Virus record (IMG/VR): IMGVR_UViG_3300044974_000598
Source: an uncultured virus (IMG/VR IMGVR_UViG_3300044974_000598)
Taxonomy: Duplodnaviria; Heunggongvirae; Uroviricota; Caudoviricetes
Strand: one strand, 5' to 3'
DNA: 20,000 bases
The notes beneath the pieces are model-generated. The model did not search any database. It had not been told where the DNA came from and was given only the letters and a program-made list of their open reading frames with translations. Shown piece after piece: positions 7,787-14,884 of this stretch. Each line of letters starts with the position of its first letter. Position 1 is the stretch's first letter. A program made the position numbers and the translations under genes.

Positions 7787-8001
7787 ATAAAGTAAAAGAA
7801 ATTCTGCTGTCTTATATGACTGCCATGAACCCAACAGAAGAGCAAAAAGAAGTGGCTGAAAAAAGACTTGAAATCTGTATTAATTGCGAACATTGGGTGC
7901 AAAATCCAGAAAGATGTTCATTGTGCGGATGTTTGACACGAGGTAAGATTTTTAGCCCTAGAGGAGCCGATGCATGCCCTGCTCAAAAGTGGACTGAATA
8001 A
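7783..8001 (+). CDS. Small Cys-rich metal-binding protein (DUF6171-like)
   Basis: RLEICINCEH...RCSLCGC...K...ACPAQKW pattern. Confidence 0.75.
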   Translation: MNKVKEILLSYMTAMNPTEEQKEVAEKRLEICINCEHWVQNPERCSLCGCLTRGKIFSPRGADACPAQKWTE

Positions 8002-8023
8002 AAAAATAGATAATTGAAGTAAA

Positions 8024-8047
8024 TTTATTTAATTATTGGTATATTTG
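8024..8047 (+). promoter_or_regulatory. Lysis-cassette promoter: -7 box TATATTTG with degenerate upstream palindrome TTTATTTAATTAT
   Basis: Perfect TAnnTTTG at 8040-8047, 13 nt before ATG 8061. Confidence 0.6.
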
Positions 8048-8060
8048 GTAAAAATTTGAC

Positions 8061-8240
8061 ATGGGAAATAACACATTAGCTGACATATCTGCATCTGTAA
8101 GTTTATTAAGTGCTGCTGTATCTATAACTGCAATTCAACCATATGTTAGCTTACTTGCTAGTATAATTGGTATTTGTTCTGGTTCGGTAGCATTGAGATA
8201 TTATTATTTCAAACATAAAGAAAAGCGTGGCAATAGTTAA
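8061..8240 (+). CDS. Putative holin or antiholin, 59 aa (not in ORF track)
   Basis: MGNNTLADISASVSLLSAAVSITAIQPYVSLLASIIGICSGSVALRYYYFKHKEKRGNS*: two hydrophobic segments and a basic tail. First gene after the promoter. Confidence 0.7.
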   Translation: MGNNTLADISASVSLLSAAVSITAIQPYVSLLASIIGICSGSVALRYYYFKHKEKRGNS

Positions 8241-8778
8241 AAACATATTAATCTTAGCACTTATAGTTGTGGTGCTATTTTTTGTTTTAGCCCCTAATAA
8301 TGGAGGAGGTGGTACCAAAGTTATCACCAAGATAGACACAATAATAAAGCACGATACAATAAAAAAATATAAGAAAGGGAATGACATCCCTTTTGTCGTT
8401 TTAGATACTCTCTACCAAATTGACGAAGTACATGATACTACTTATATCGTCAATGACTACAATAAAATCAAGGCTTATTCGGATACTTTACAGATAAATG
8501 CGGATAACAGCGTATATATTCAAGATACTATTACACAAAATAGAATCATAGGAAGGTCATATGTAGCCAATCTTTCCGAAAAAACCATCACAATTACCAA
8601 GGACATCTACCACAAGCCTAAGAATGAGCTTTTTATAGGGCTTATAGGTGATATTAGACGTTTTGATAATAAGATAGGTGCAGGAGTTGGTTTAAATTAC
8701 AAGAAGCAAAAAGAGGCTTATACTATCATTTTTACCACTAACCAAATAAGTTTAGGCTTATATAAAAAATTATTTTAA
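8227..8778 (+). CDS. Membrane-anchored lysis-cassette protein (spanin candidate) with beta-rich C-terminus ending in Phe
   Basis: N-terminal TM ILILALIVVVLFFVL, repeated DT(I/L/T) motifs, amphipathic strands GAGVGLNYK and ISLGLYKKLF. GTG start. Confidence 0.6.
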   Translation: MAIVKNILILALIVVVLFFVLAPNNGGGGTKVITKIDTIIKHDTIKKYKKGNDIPFVVLDTLYQIDEVHDTTYIVNDYNKIKAYSDTLQINADNSVYIQDTITQNRIIGRSYVANLSEKTITITKDIYHKPKNELFIGLIGDIRRFDNKIGAGVGLNYKKQKEAYTIIFTTNQISLGLYKKLF

Positions 8779-9081
8779 ATGGCTACAAGTAAAAAAGTAA
8801 ACATAGGAGCTAATCCTTTACCAATATCATTCAAGGACTTTGCCAAAAATCCCGTAGTGGGAACTTTGTTCATTGTCCTAATAGCTATCGGGTATTTATA
8901 TGTAGATATCAGAAGCACATTCCAAACACAAGCCAAGTCCCAAGATGTTAGAATTGAAAAGGTAGAAAATAGACTAGATTTAGTACAAGAAGCTTTAAGA
9001 AGAAGCGACTCGGCTAAAGCTGTATCTACTACTCAATTAAGAACATTGCAAGAATTAGGCGCAATTAAATCCATCAAATAA
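8779..9081 (+). CDS. Single-TM plus coiled-coil protein (holin or i-spanin candidate)
   Basis: TM VVGTLFIVLIAIGYLYV followed by the heptad region RIEKVENRLDLVQEALRR. Confidence 0.65.
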   Translation: MATSKKVNIGANPLPISFKDFAKNPVVGTLFIVLIAIGYLYVDIRSTFQTQAKSQDVRIEKVENRLDLVQEALRRSDSAKAVSTTQLRTLQELGAIKSIK

Positions 9082-9200
9082 TGAAAGAATTTCTTTACGA
9101 TTATGGGTTTCATATTCAATTATTATTAGTTGGTATGTGTTGGGCATTTATGGGGATGTATGTATATGAAAGAATAAAAGAGAAAAAAAATAAAAAGTGA
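9081..9200 (+). CDS. 39-aa single-TM peptide (not in ORF track)
   Basis: MKEFLYDYGFHIQLLLVGMCWAFMGMYVYERIKEKKNKK*. TAATG overlap upstream and GTGA overlap downstream, so it fills the gap exactly. Confidence 0.7.
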   Translation: MKEFLYDYGFHIQLLLVGMCWAFMGMYVYERIKEKKNKK

Positions 9201-9523
9201 GATATTTTTTATTAATATTTTTGTTTGGATGTCAAGCTACTGCACAGAACGAAAGTGAAACTGCAAAAAAAGATAGGGAATTTCAAGACCTACTTTTAAA
9301 GGTAGAGCAAAACACACAAGCAAGTGCTAAAGTTCAAAAAGATGCTAGTAAAAAACAATCACAAATAGTAACGGAAGCCGTTAATACGATAATAACATTA
9401 AAAGAAGAAAACAAAGATTTAAAAACAGAATTAAATGAAGTTAAAGTTAAGCTTGATAGCGTTAATGCTGATACTATCATTCCATTTGTCTTACTCCCAA
9501 TACCCCGTAAAAAGGTTATATAG
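9197..9523 (+). CDS. Putative lipoprotein with coiled coil (o-spanin candidate)
   Basis: MRYFLLIFLFGC lipobox-like signal and coiled coil TLKEENKDLKTELNEVKVKLD. Confidence 0.65.
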   Translation: MRYFLLIFLFGCQATAQNESETAKKDREFQDLLLKVEQNTQASAKVQKDASKKQSQIVTEAVNTIITLKEENKDLKTELNEVKVKLDSVNADTIIPFVLLPIPRKKVI

Positions 9524-9830
9524 AGGTGACTCAGTGGTTATAATGAAAGTTTCGCAAGCTGATACAATAAACTTATTATTTAATTCATATAACAATACAA
9601 TAAACACATTAAAAGACTCGTTAACAATTAAAAAAGAAAAATATGATAGCTTATATCAAACAATATATCAAACAAAAGATAGCTTCTATAATTGGAAGTG
9701 GAAATATGAAGCAAATAGAAACATCTATATTGCCAGAGAAGCCGAAAAAGAAAAGGACAAAAAGTACGACTTCGCCCAAAAAGTCATCCTTATAGGAATA
9801 ATATTTTTACAATTTCAAAGTATAAAGTAA
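9435..9830 (+). CDS. Exported protein with signal peptide and C-terminal hydrophobic anchor (lysis accessory)
   Basis: Signal MKLKLSLIALMLILSFHLSYS/Q, with a Bacteroidota-type Gln after the cleavage site. C-terminal VILIGIIFLQF. Overlaps the upstream gene by 89 nt, as spanin pairs do. Confidence 0.6.
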   Translation: MKLKLSLIALMLILSFHLSYSQYPVKRLYRGDSVVIMKVSQADTINLLFNSYNNTINTLKDSLTIKKEKYDSLYQTIYQTKDSFYNWKWKYEANRNIYIAREAEKEKDKKYDFAQKVILIGIIFLQFQSIK

Positions 9831-10054
9831 TGAAACAATTTTTTCAAGAAGATAATGGCAGATATAGCATGAAGCGTTTATGTGGTTTATTATGTACAAT
9901 AGCTTTATGTGCTACTATGTACCATAACCAATTTAGTGAGCAACATTTTGCACCAAGTCCCGTTTTAGTAGAAGCAGTAGCTTTATTAGCCTTTGGAACT
10001 TTAGGATTAACAGCAGTAGAAAAAATATTTAAAAAAGATAAAACACAAGACTAA
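9830..10054 (+). CDS. Putative holin (2 TM)
   Basis: SMKRLCGLLCTIALC and VLVEAVALLAFGTLGLTAVEKIF, charged tail, directly coupled to the endolysin. Confidence 0.7.
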   Translation: MKQFFQEDNGRYSMKRLCGLLCTIALCATMYHNQFSEQHFAPSPVLVEAVALLAFGTLGLTAVEKIFKKDKTQD

Positions 10055-10542
10055 TGAAAATTTCTGAACATTTGGATTTAGCTGAAATTACAAGAAGTGA
10101 TACCGCTAAAAGATTAGGGATTGACAATGTACCAACTCCTGAACACATTGAAAACTTAAAGAAACTTGCAGAAAATGTATTCGAGCCTATTCGCAATCAT
10201 TTTCGTTGCCCTATACACATAAGTAGTGGTTATAGAAGCAAAGAATTAAATGAAGCAACCCCCGGCAGTTCAAAAACTTCTGACCATGCTTTTTGCAGAG
10301 CAATAGATATTGATATGGATGGGTCTGCAAATGGTGTAAGTAACAATGATGTTTTTCATTATGCAGTCGCAAATTTAAAAACAAAACAAATTATTGCCGA
10401 ATATCCAGTAGATGGTAAATTAAGTTGGGTTCATATTGGTTATGACGAGAATAATTTAAAAAATGAAGTTTTGATTTGTGTAAAAAAAGATGGCAAACCT
10501 CACTATTTACCATATAAAGGGAATGAAAAATTAGTAAAATAA
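10054..10542 (+). CDS. Endolysin, peptidase M15A (Peptidase_M15_3) Zn-dependent peptidase
   Basis: ISSGYRS..LN, SKTSDH....AIDID and WVHIGY provide the H/D/H zinc ligands. Confidence 0.9.
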   Translation: MKISEHLDLAEITRSDTAKRLGIDNVPTPEHIENLKKLAENVFEPIRNHFRCPIHISSGYRSKELNEATPGSSKTSDHAFCRAIDIDMDGSANGVSNNDVFHYAVANLKTKQIIAEYPVDGKLSWVHIGYDENNLKNEVLICVKKDGKPHYLPYKGNEKLVK

Positions 10543-11303
10543 TGGCTTACGTTTATCGACATATTAGATTGGATAAAAATGAGCCTTTTTATATTGGTAT
10601 AGGGAGTGATGTTAATTATAATAGAGCGTATGAAATAAAAAAAAATAGAAGAAATATTGTATGGTCTAGAATAACATCAAAGTCAAAAATAGAGGTAGAA
10701 ATAATGTTAGATGGATTAACTTGGTTTGAGGCTTGTGAAAAAGAGATTGAGTTTATTAAATTATATGGCAGATTAGACTTAGGTAATGGGATATTAGCCA
10801 ATTTAACTGATGGCGGGGATGGTACTCTTGGAGTAATTGTTAGCAAAGAAACAAGAAAAAAAAGTAGCGAACGATTTAGTGGCAAAAATAACCCCATGTA
10901 TGGTAAAAAAAATTCACAAGAATCAATTGAAAGGGGAAGATTAAAAAGATTGGGGCAACCTGCTTGGAATAAAGGTAAAACAGGTATTTATTCCGATTCT
11001 CAGTTAAAAAAAATGAGTGAAATAAAAAAAGGGAAAATTCCATGGAATAAAGGAGTAACTCATACCGAAGAAACGCGAAGAAAAATTAGTGCAATTAGAA
11101 TCTCCAAAAATTTAATACCTTGGAATTTAGGTAAAAAAGGCGTAAATGGGATAACTCAAGCTAAAGTTGTATTAAATTTAGACAATGGGGTATTTTATGA
11201 ATCTTGTAAAGAAGCATCATTATTTTATAATATACCATATTCTACATTAAAATGTAAATTAAATGGGGCTATGAAAAATAATACAAATTTAATTTATGCT
11301 TAA
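10542..11303 (+). CDS. Free-standing homing endonuclease, GIY-YIG-like domain with NUMOD3 repeats
   Basis: AYVYRH...FYIGIG...RA, conserved Glu (EKEIEFI), NLTDGGDG, NPMYGKK, repeated PWNKG-like motifs, HTEETRRKIS, C-terminal HTH. Confidence 0.85.
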   Translation: MAYVYRHIRLDKNEPFYIGIGSDVNYNRAYEIKKNRRNIVWSRITSKSKIEVEIMLDGLTWFEACEKEIEFIKLYGRLDLGNGILANLTDGGDGTLGVIVSKETRKKSSERFSGKNNPMYGKKNSQESIERGRLKRLGQPAWNKGKTGIYSDSQLKKMSEIKKGKIPWNKGVTHTEETRRKISAIRISKNLIPWNLGKKGVNGITQAKVVLNLDNGVFYESCKEASLFYNIPYSTLKCKLNGAMKNNTNLIYA

Positions 11304-11318
11304 CTTAAATAAAAACAC

Positions 11319-12323
11319 ATGCCCTCAATCAACGGGAACAGCCTAATTGCAAGAAACTACCGAGCCAAACATCCTGATATGCCTACTAAGAAATTAGCTA
11401 GGATAATGTACGCAGAAAATAATCTAGCATTCATAAGTGAAGAACGAGCTAGGTCATCTTTAAGATACATTGAAGGCAAAAATGGTAATTACCTTAGAAA
11501 ACCATCTGTAAAAAATAGTGAATTTTATAAAGTAGACGACAGACCTAAGAATCCTTACAACCTCCCCAAATCAGATGAAACAGCATTTGAACCATACATC
11601 TTTAAAGGGCATAAGAAAGTTTTAATCCTATCTGATATCCATGTACCATACCATAGCATAGATGCGATAACGGCAGCCATCCAATACGCAAAGAAAACAA
11701 AACCCGATGCACTACTACTGAATGGCGATACTATTGATTGCCATAGACTAAGCAGATTTATCAAAGACCCAAAGAAAAGAAACTTTAAGCTAGAACTAGA
11801 TACATTCAAAGCCTTGTTTGACATCTTTGAAAAGGAACTAAAGTGCAAAATATATTTCAAAATTGGAAACCACGAGGAAAGATACGAGCATTTCCTTTAC
11901 GAGAAAGCCGGTGAATTAGTGGGTATAGAAGAGTTTGAGTTTGAAAATATCATTAAGGCAAGAGCCAGAGGCATAGAAATAATAGGAGATAAAAGACCTA
12001 TGAAACTAAATAACCTTTGGGGAATTCATGGTCACGAATATGTAGGTGGAATATCAGCACCCGTAAATCCGGCTAGAGGATTATTCCTTAAAGCAAAGGT
12101 CAGCACCTTCCAAGGCCATAACCATCAAACCTCCGAGCATACAGAACCCACACTTACGGGTAAAATGGTAACTACATGGTCATTGGGTTGCCTAAGTGAA
12201 TTGCACCCCGCCTATATGCCTCTAAATAAGTGGAATCATGGTTTTGCTGAGGTTGAGCTTGATACTAATGGGGAAGACTTTGAATTCAACAATAAGCGTA
12301 TCTTTAAAGGGAAAATTGTATAA
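11319..12323 (+). CDS. Calcineurin-like metallophosphoesterase with N-terminal HTH-like extension
   Basis: All five motifs present: SDIHVPYH, NGDTIDC, GNHE, HGHE, GHNH. Confidence 0.88.
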   Translation: MPSINGNSLIARNYRAKHPDMPTKKLARIMYAENNLAFISEERARSSLRYIEGKNGNYLRKPSVKNSEFYKVDDRPKNPYNLPKSDETAFEPYIFKGHKKVLILSDIHVPYHSIDAITAAIQYAKKTKPDALLLNGDTIDCHRLSRFIKDPKKRNFKLELDTFKALFDIFEKELKCKIYFKIGNHEERYEHFLYEKAGELVGIEEFEFENIIKARARGIEIIGDKRPMKLNNLWGIHGHEYVGGISAPVNPARGLFLKAKVSTFQGHNHQTSEHTEPTLTGKMVTTWSLGCLSELHPAYMPLNKWNHGFAEVELDTNGEDFEFNNKRIFKGKIV

Positions 12324-12355
12324 CAAAATCAGAATATTTTTAAATCCGGAATTTG

Positions 12356-12631
12356 ATGGCGCGCATTAAAATAATATATCGCAAACTAGGGAAAGAACAA
12401 GCCTATGGTATAGCCTCAAGTGATGGTATTATTGAAATTGATAGTCGGTTAAAATCAAAGAAACATCTTGAGGTATTAATTCACGAACTTTTGCACCTCT
12501 TAAATCCAAAGGACACAGAAGAAATGGTTATTAAAAAGTCTGTTACATTAACTAAGATATTATGGCAAGAAGGATATAGAAGAATAGACCAATCCCCCGA
12601 CCACGAACCCTTCCAAGACGGCACGAAATGA
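12356..12631 (+). CDS. Small zincin-like HExxH metallopeptidase
   Basis: GIIEIDSRL...EVLIHELLHLL...TEE. ATG at 12356 preferred over TTG at 12353. Confidence 0.7.
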   Translation: MARIKIIYRKLGKEQAYGIASSDGIIEIDSRLKSKKHLEVLIHELLHLLNPKDTEEMVIKKSVTLTKILWQEGYRRIDQSPDHEPFQDGTK

Positions 12632-12798
12632 AAGCATACCGAGTATATTTCAAAAAAAACGGCATAAACCTAACTAAATTGGTCTATGCCGAGTGTTTAC
12701 TTGAGGTTCTTAATCAGTTTAAGAACATGGAGGTGGTAATGATAAAAGAATTGGATTTACTTCCAGAGGGAGATATAGATGTCATTTCTTTGAATTAA
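12628..12798 (+). CDS. 56-aa hypothetical protein (not in ORF track)
   Basis: MKAYRVYFKKNGINLTKLVYAECLLEVLNQFKNMEVVMIKELDLLPEGDIDVISLN*, with ATGA overlap to the upstream stop. Confidence 0.6.
   Translation: MKAYRVYFKKNGINLTKLVYAECLLEVLNQFKNMEVVMIKELDLLPEGDIDVISLN
12652..12691 (-). terminator. Rho-independent terminator ending the leftward early-gene array
   Basis: Minus-strand RNA CGGCAUAGACC-AAUUUAGUUA-GGUUUAUGCCG-U8: an 11-bp stem with one G-U pair, at the convergence of the two transcription units. Confidence 0.75.
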
Positions 12799-12857
12799 CC
12801 TTTGTGTTTGATTTAAACAATATTATAAAAAATATAATAGTATAAGCTAACATAATT

Positions 12858-13055
12858 TTACCCATTGTCAAATGGTTTAATAATTATGTAATATTCATCT
12901 TTGCCATTAGGCTTTACTTCTGCATCCCATATTCTTAACATTCTTCTACGATTATACGCATCATGATAATTATATTCTCTAATGGGTACTTTATTCTTGA
13001 ATAACTGCATTTTCCCCTTTGCTCTGTGCCATTGGTACTCTTTCTTTGGATTCAT
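12858..13055 (-). CDS. Hypothetical protein
   Basis: 65 aa ORF in the co-oriented gene array. Confidence 0.7.
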   Translation of the reverse strand: MNPKKEYQWHRAKGKMQLFKNKVPIREYNYHDAYNRRRMLRIWDAEVKPNGKDEYYIIIKPFDNG

Positions 13056-13167
13056 ATTTCTTTTTTAATTCATTAAACTGAGCGACTAATTCTTTTATTC
13101 TTTCCCTTAATTGCTCATTTTCTAAGTTAAGAATGTAATTCTGCCCTATTTCATATTTGTTCTTCAT
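12991..13167 (-). CDS. 58-aa coiled-coil hypothetical protein (not in ORF track)
   Basis: MKNKYEIGQNYILNLENEQLRERIKELVAQFNELKKKYESKERVPMAQSKGENAVIQE*. Fills the gap and overlaps both neighbours. Confidence 0.6.
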   Translation of the reverse strand: MKNKYEIGQNYILNLENEQLRERIKELVAQFNELKKKYESKERVPMAQSKGENAVIQE

Positions 13168-13393
13168 GTTCTTCGTTATTTTCGGGTATTATAAATTTAC
13201 ATTCCTTGACCGGATTATCAGCCCATTTATTATATAGGTCATACATCTCTTCAAATCTTTCTTGGTCATACCAAGCGTTATGATACAATTCAGCCATAAT
13301 CATTTGCCTTTCAAAAGGAGTAAAATCTCCAAAGGTGCTAAAACTAGTAGGTTCACTTGGTTTGCCTAAGATGTCTTCTATGTTATTTGTCAT
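13151..13393 (-). CDS. Hypothetical protein
   Basis: 80 aa acidic ORF with A-rich start context. Confidence 0.7.
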   Translation of the reverse strand: MTNNIEDILGKPSEPTSFSTFGDFTPFERQMIMAELYHNAWYDQERFEEMYDLYNKWADNPVKECKFIIPENNEEHEEQI

Positions 13394-13402
13394 TTGTTTA
13401 AT

Positions 13403-13606
13403 TTAAAAGTTTTCATTTACCATCAGTATATGTATTTTGCCCACTCTATTATATTTTATTACTTCGGGTAGTTGCAAGTTATTTTTGATTCTATATTTAA
13501 TGGCTTGTTGTGTCATGGGGGCATTAGGGTATTTCCTATTTGCCCTAAAAAGAGTAGGGTTTATTTTTTCTGCATACTCTTTTACACTAATTTGTTTAGT
13601 CTTCAT
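13403..13606 (-). CDS. Small basic DNA-binding protein (winged HTH / excisionase-like)
   Basis: ISVKEYAEK...MTQQAIKYRIKNNLQLP..RVGKIHIL resembles the Xis/MerR-type HTH plus wing. Confidence 0.55.
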   Translation of the reverse strand: MKTKQISVKEYAEKINPTLFRANRKYPNAPMTQQAIKYRIKNNLQLPEVIKYNRVGKIHILMVNENF

Positions 13607-13892
13607 TTACTTCTATTGTTTTTAAAATTTTGATAATAGGTTCAGTAGGTTTGCCTTTTTGAATTTCTTCAAACATTTCTTCTGCCTTTTCTAATGTCAT
13701 TGTCCAACTATTATTTACCGACATACCATTTTCTTTAAGAATGTAATACCATACTTCTCCATTGTTTTCTGTCTTTTCCATTAATTGATACTTTGCCATA
13801 ATTGTTTGTTTTATTTGTTTATTAATTTGTTCTTCTTCAATTTGATTTTCTTGTTCTATATCTTTTTTAATTTCTTCCCATTCAATATCCAT
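13596..13892 (-). CDS. Hypothetical protein (alternative start at 13799, MAKYQL)
   Basis: 98 aa ORF. The internal ATG is preceded by the A-rich sequence AAACAAATAAAACAAACAATT. Confidence 0.65.
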   Translation of the reverse strand: MDIEWEEIKKDIEQENQIEEEQINKQIKQTIMAKYQLMEKTENNGEVWYYILKENGMSVNNSWTMTLEKAEEMFEEIQKGKPTEPIIKILKTIEVNED

Positions 13893-13895
13893 AAT

Positions 13896-14102
13896 TTAAT
13901 AGTTTTTAAAGTTTATTATTATATTGTTTGTTCCTTCACTAAATATTCTTTTAGTTACTAAATAAGAATGCATCTCACCTAAATTATTTTGGTAATTAAT
14001 AAAATCTCCCACATTAGGGGGTATAGTGAAGGGTAATTCAATATGTTCAAATGTTCCATCATCTTTTATTAAAATAAAAGCAATTCCTGTTTCTTTTTTC
14101 AT
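13896..14102 (-). CDS. Hypothetical protein
   Basis: Track ORF 13896-14129. Likely start MKKETG at 14102, preceded by TTAAAACT. Confidence 0.65.
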   Translation of the reverse strand: MKKETGIAFILIKDDGTFEHIELPFTIPPNVGDFINYQNNLGEMHSYLVTKRIFSEGTNNIIINFKNY

Positions 14103-14106
14103 AGTT

Positions 14107-14343
14107 TTAATTGTTAAAATGTTTATCAAAAATTTCGTTAAAATAGTTTTCTCGGTTGGATGCTACGCAGTTTATTTCTTCTGCAAATTCATCCCATTCT
14201 TTATCAGTTTTATTTACTCCCCATTTATCTGCCAATGCTTGCCACATAGATATAAAATCTTCCATATCTAAATTGGGCAATGATTCGCTTTTAAACATCT
14301 TAAAGAATGTTTCACATAATAAGATTTTAGTTGTTTTTCCCAT
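14107..14343 (-). CDS. Hypothetical protein
   Basis: Track ORF 14107-14400. Likely start MGKTTK at 14343. Confidence 0.65.
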   Translation of the reverse strand: MGKTTKILLCETFFKMFKSESLPNLDMEDFISMWQALADKWGVNKTDKEWDEFAEEINCVASNRENYFNEIFDKHFNN

Positions 14344-14470
14344 GGTATAATCTTTTAATTTCAAAATAAAGGTGTGCAGTAAAATAAACACAACAAGCAA
14401 TGGGAACGCTAATGAAAAAGAATTTTAGCATTTCAAATACAAAAATTAAAGTTTCTTTAATGATGTTCAT
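14327..14470 (-). CDS. 47-aa membrane peptide (not in ORF track)
   Basis: MNIIKETLIFVFEMLKFFFISVPIACCVYFTAHLYFEIKRLYHGKNN*, preceded by AACCAAAACAAAATAT. Confidence 0.6.
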   Translation of the reverse strand: MNIIKETLIFVFEMLKFFFISVPIACCVYFTAHLYFEIKRLYHGKNN

Positions 14471-14487
14471 ATATTTTGTTTTGGTTA

Positions 14488-14862
14488 TTAAATTAAATCT
14501 TCTAATTCATTGCAATGGTCTTCCAATACATAGAAATAAGCATTCTCTTTCATTACATTACGCTCTAAATCATTACTTGTATAATAATCAATGTAATTAT
14601 CAAGAACCATTAGTTTAATGTCTTGTGCTTTAGTAAGCGTAGGGTAAAGAATTGCTCTTTTAACTTCATCTATTGTGTATTCTTTATTGTAATTTATCAA
14701 ATACTCAGTTGCAGTATTCGGGTAGGTTACAATTAATTGCTTAACCATTTGCTCTTGCATTCCTAATTCTTCAATAATGTATTGCATTGTTTCGCCATCT
14801 ATATCAATGGACTTTAAGGCATCAATAGATGCTTGTAATTTTGGGTTTTGTATTGGTAACAT
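14488..14862 (-). CDS. Hypothetical protein
   Basis: 124 aa ORF in the array. Confidence 0.75.
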   Translation of the reverse strand: MLPIQNPKLQASIDALKSIDIDGETMQYIIEELGMQEQMVKQLIVTYPNTATEYLINYNKEYTIDEVKRAILYPTLTKAQDIKLMVLDNYIDYYTSNDLERNVMKENAYFYVLEDHCNELEDLI

Positions 14863-14884
14863 ATGTATATTTTAATTGTAAAAG

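Noticed and set aside
10542..11303. Group I intron interrupting the endolysin
   Set aside because: The endolysin has all three zinc ligands and its own stop, and there is no flanking non-coding sequence for a ribozyme core.
5646..11860. Minus-strand ORFs 5646-5849, 7282-7494, 8151-8387, 10616-10897 and 11555-11860
   Set aside because: Antisense to motif-bearing or operon-coupled plus-strand genes. Their hydrophobicity reflects the complement of A-rich codons.
12783..12866. 27-aa hydrophobic minus-strand ORF MGKIMLAYTIIFFIILFKSNTKVNSKK
   Set aside because: Plausible but too short and AT-rich to support from sequence alone.
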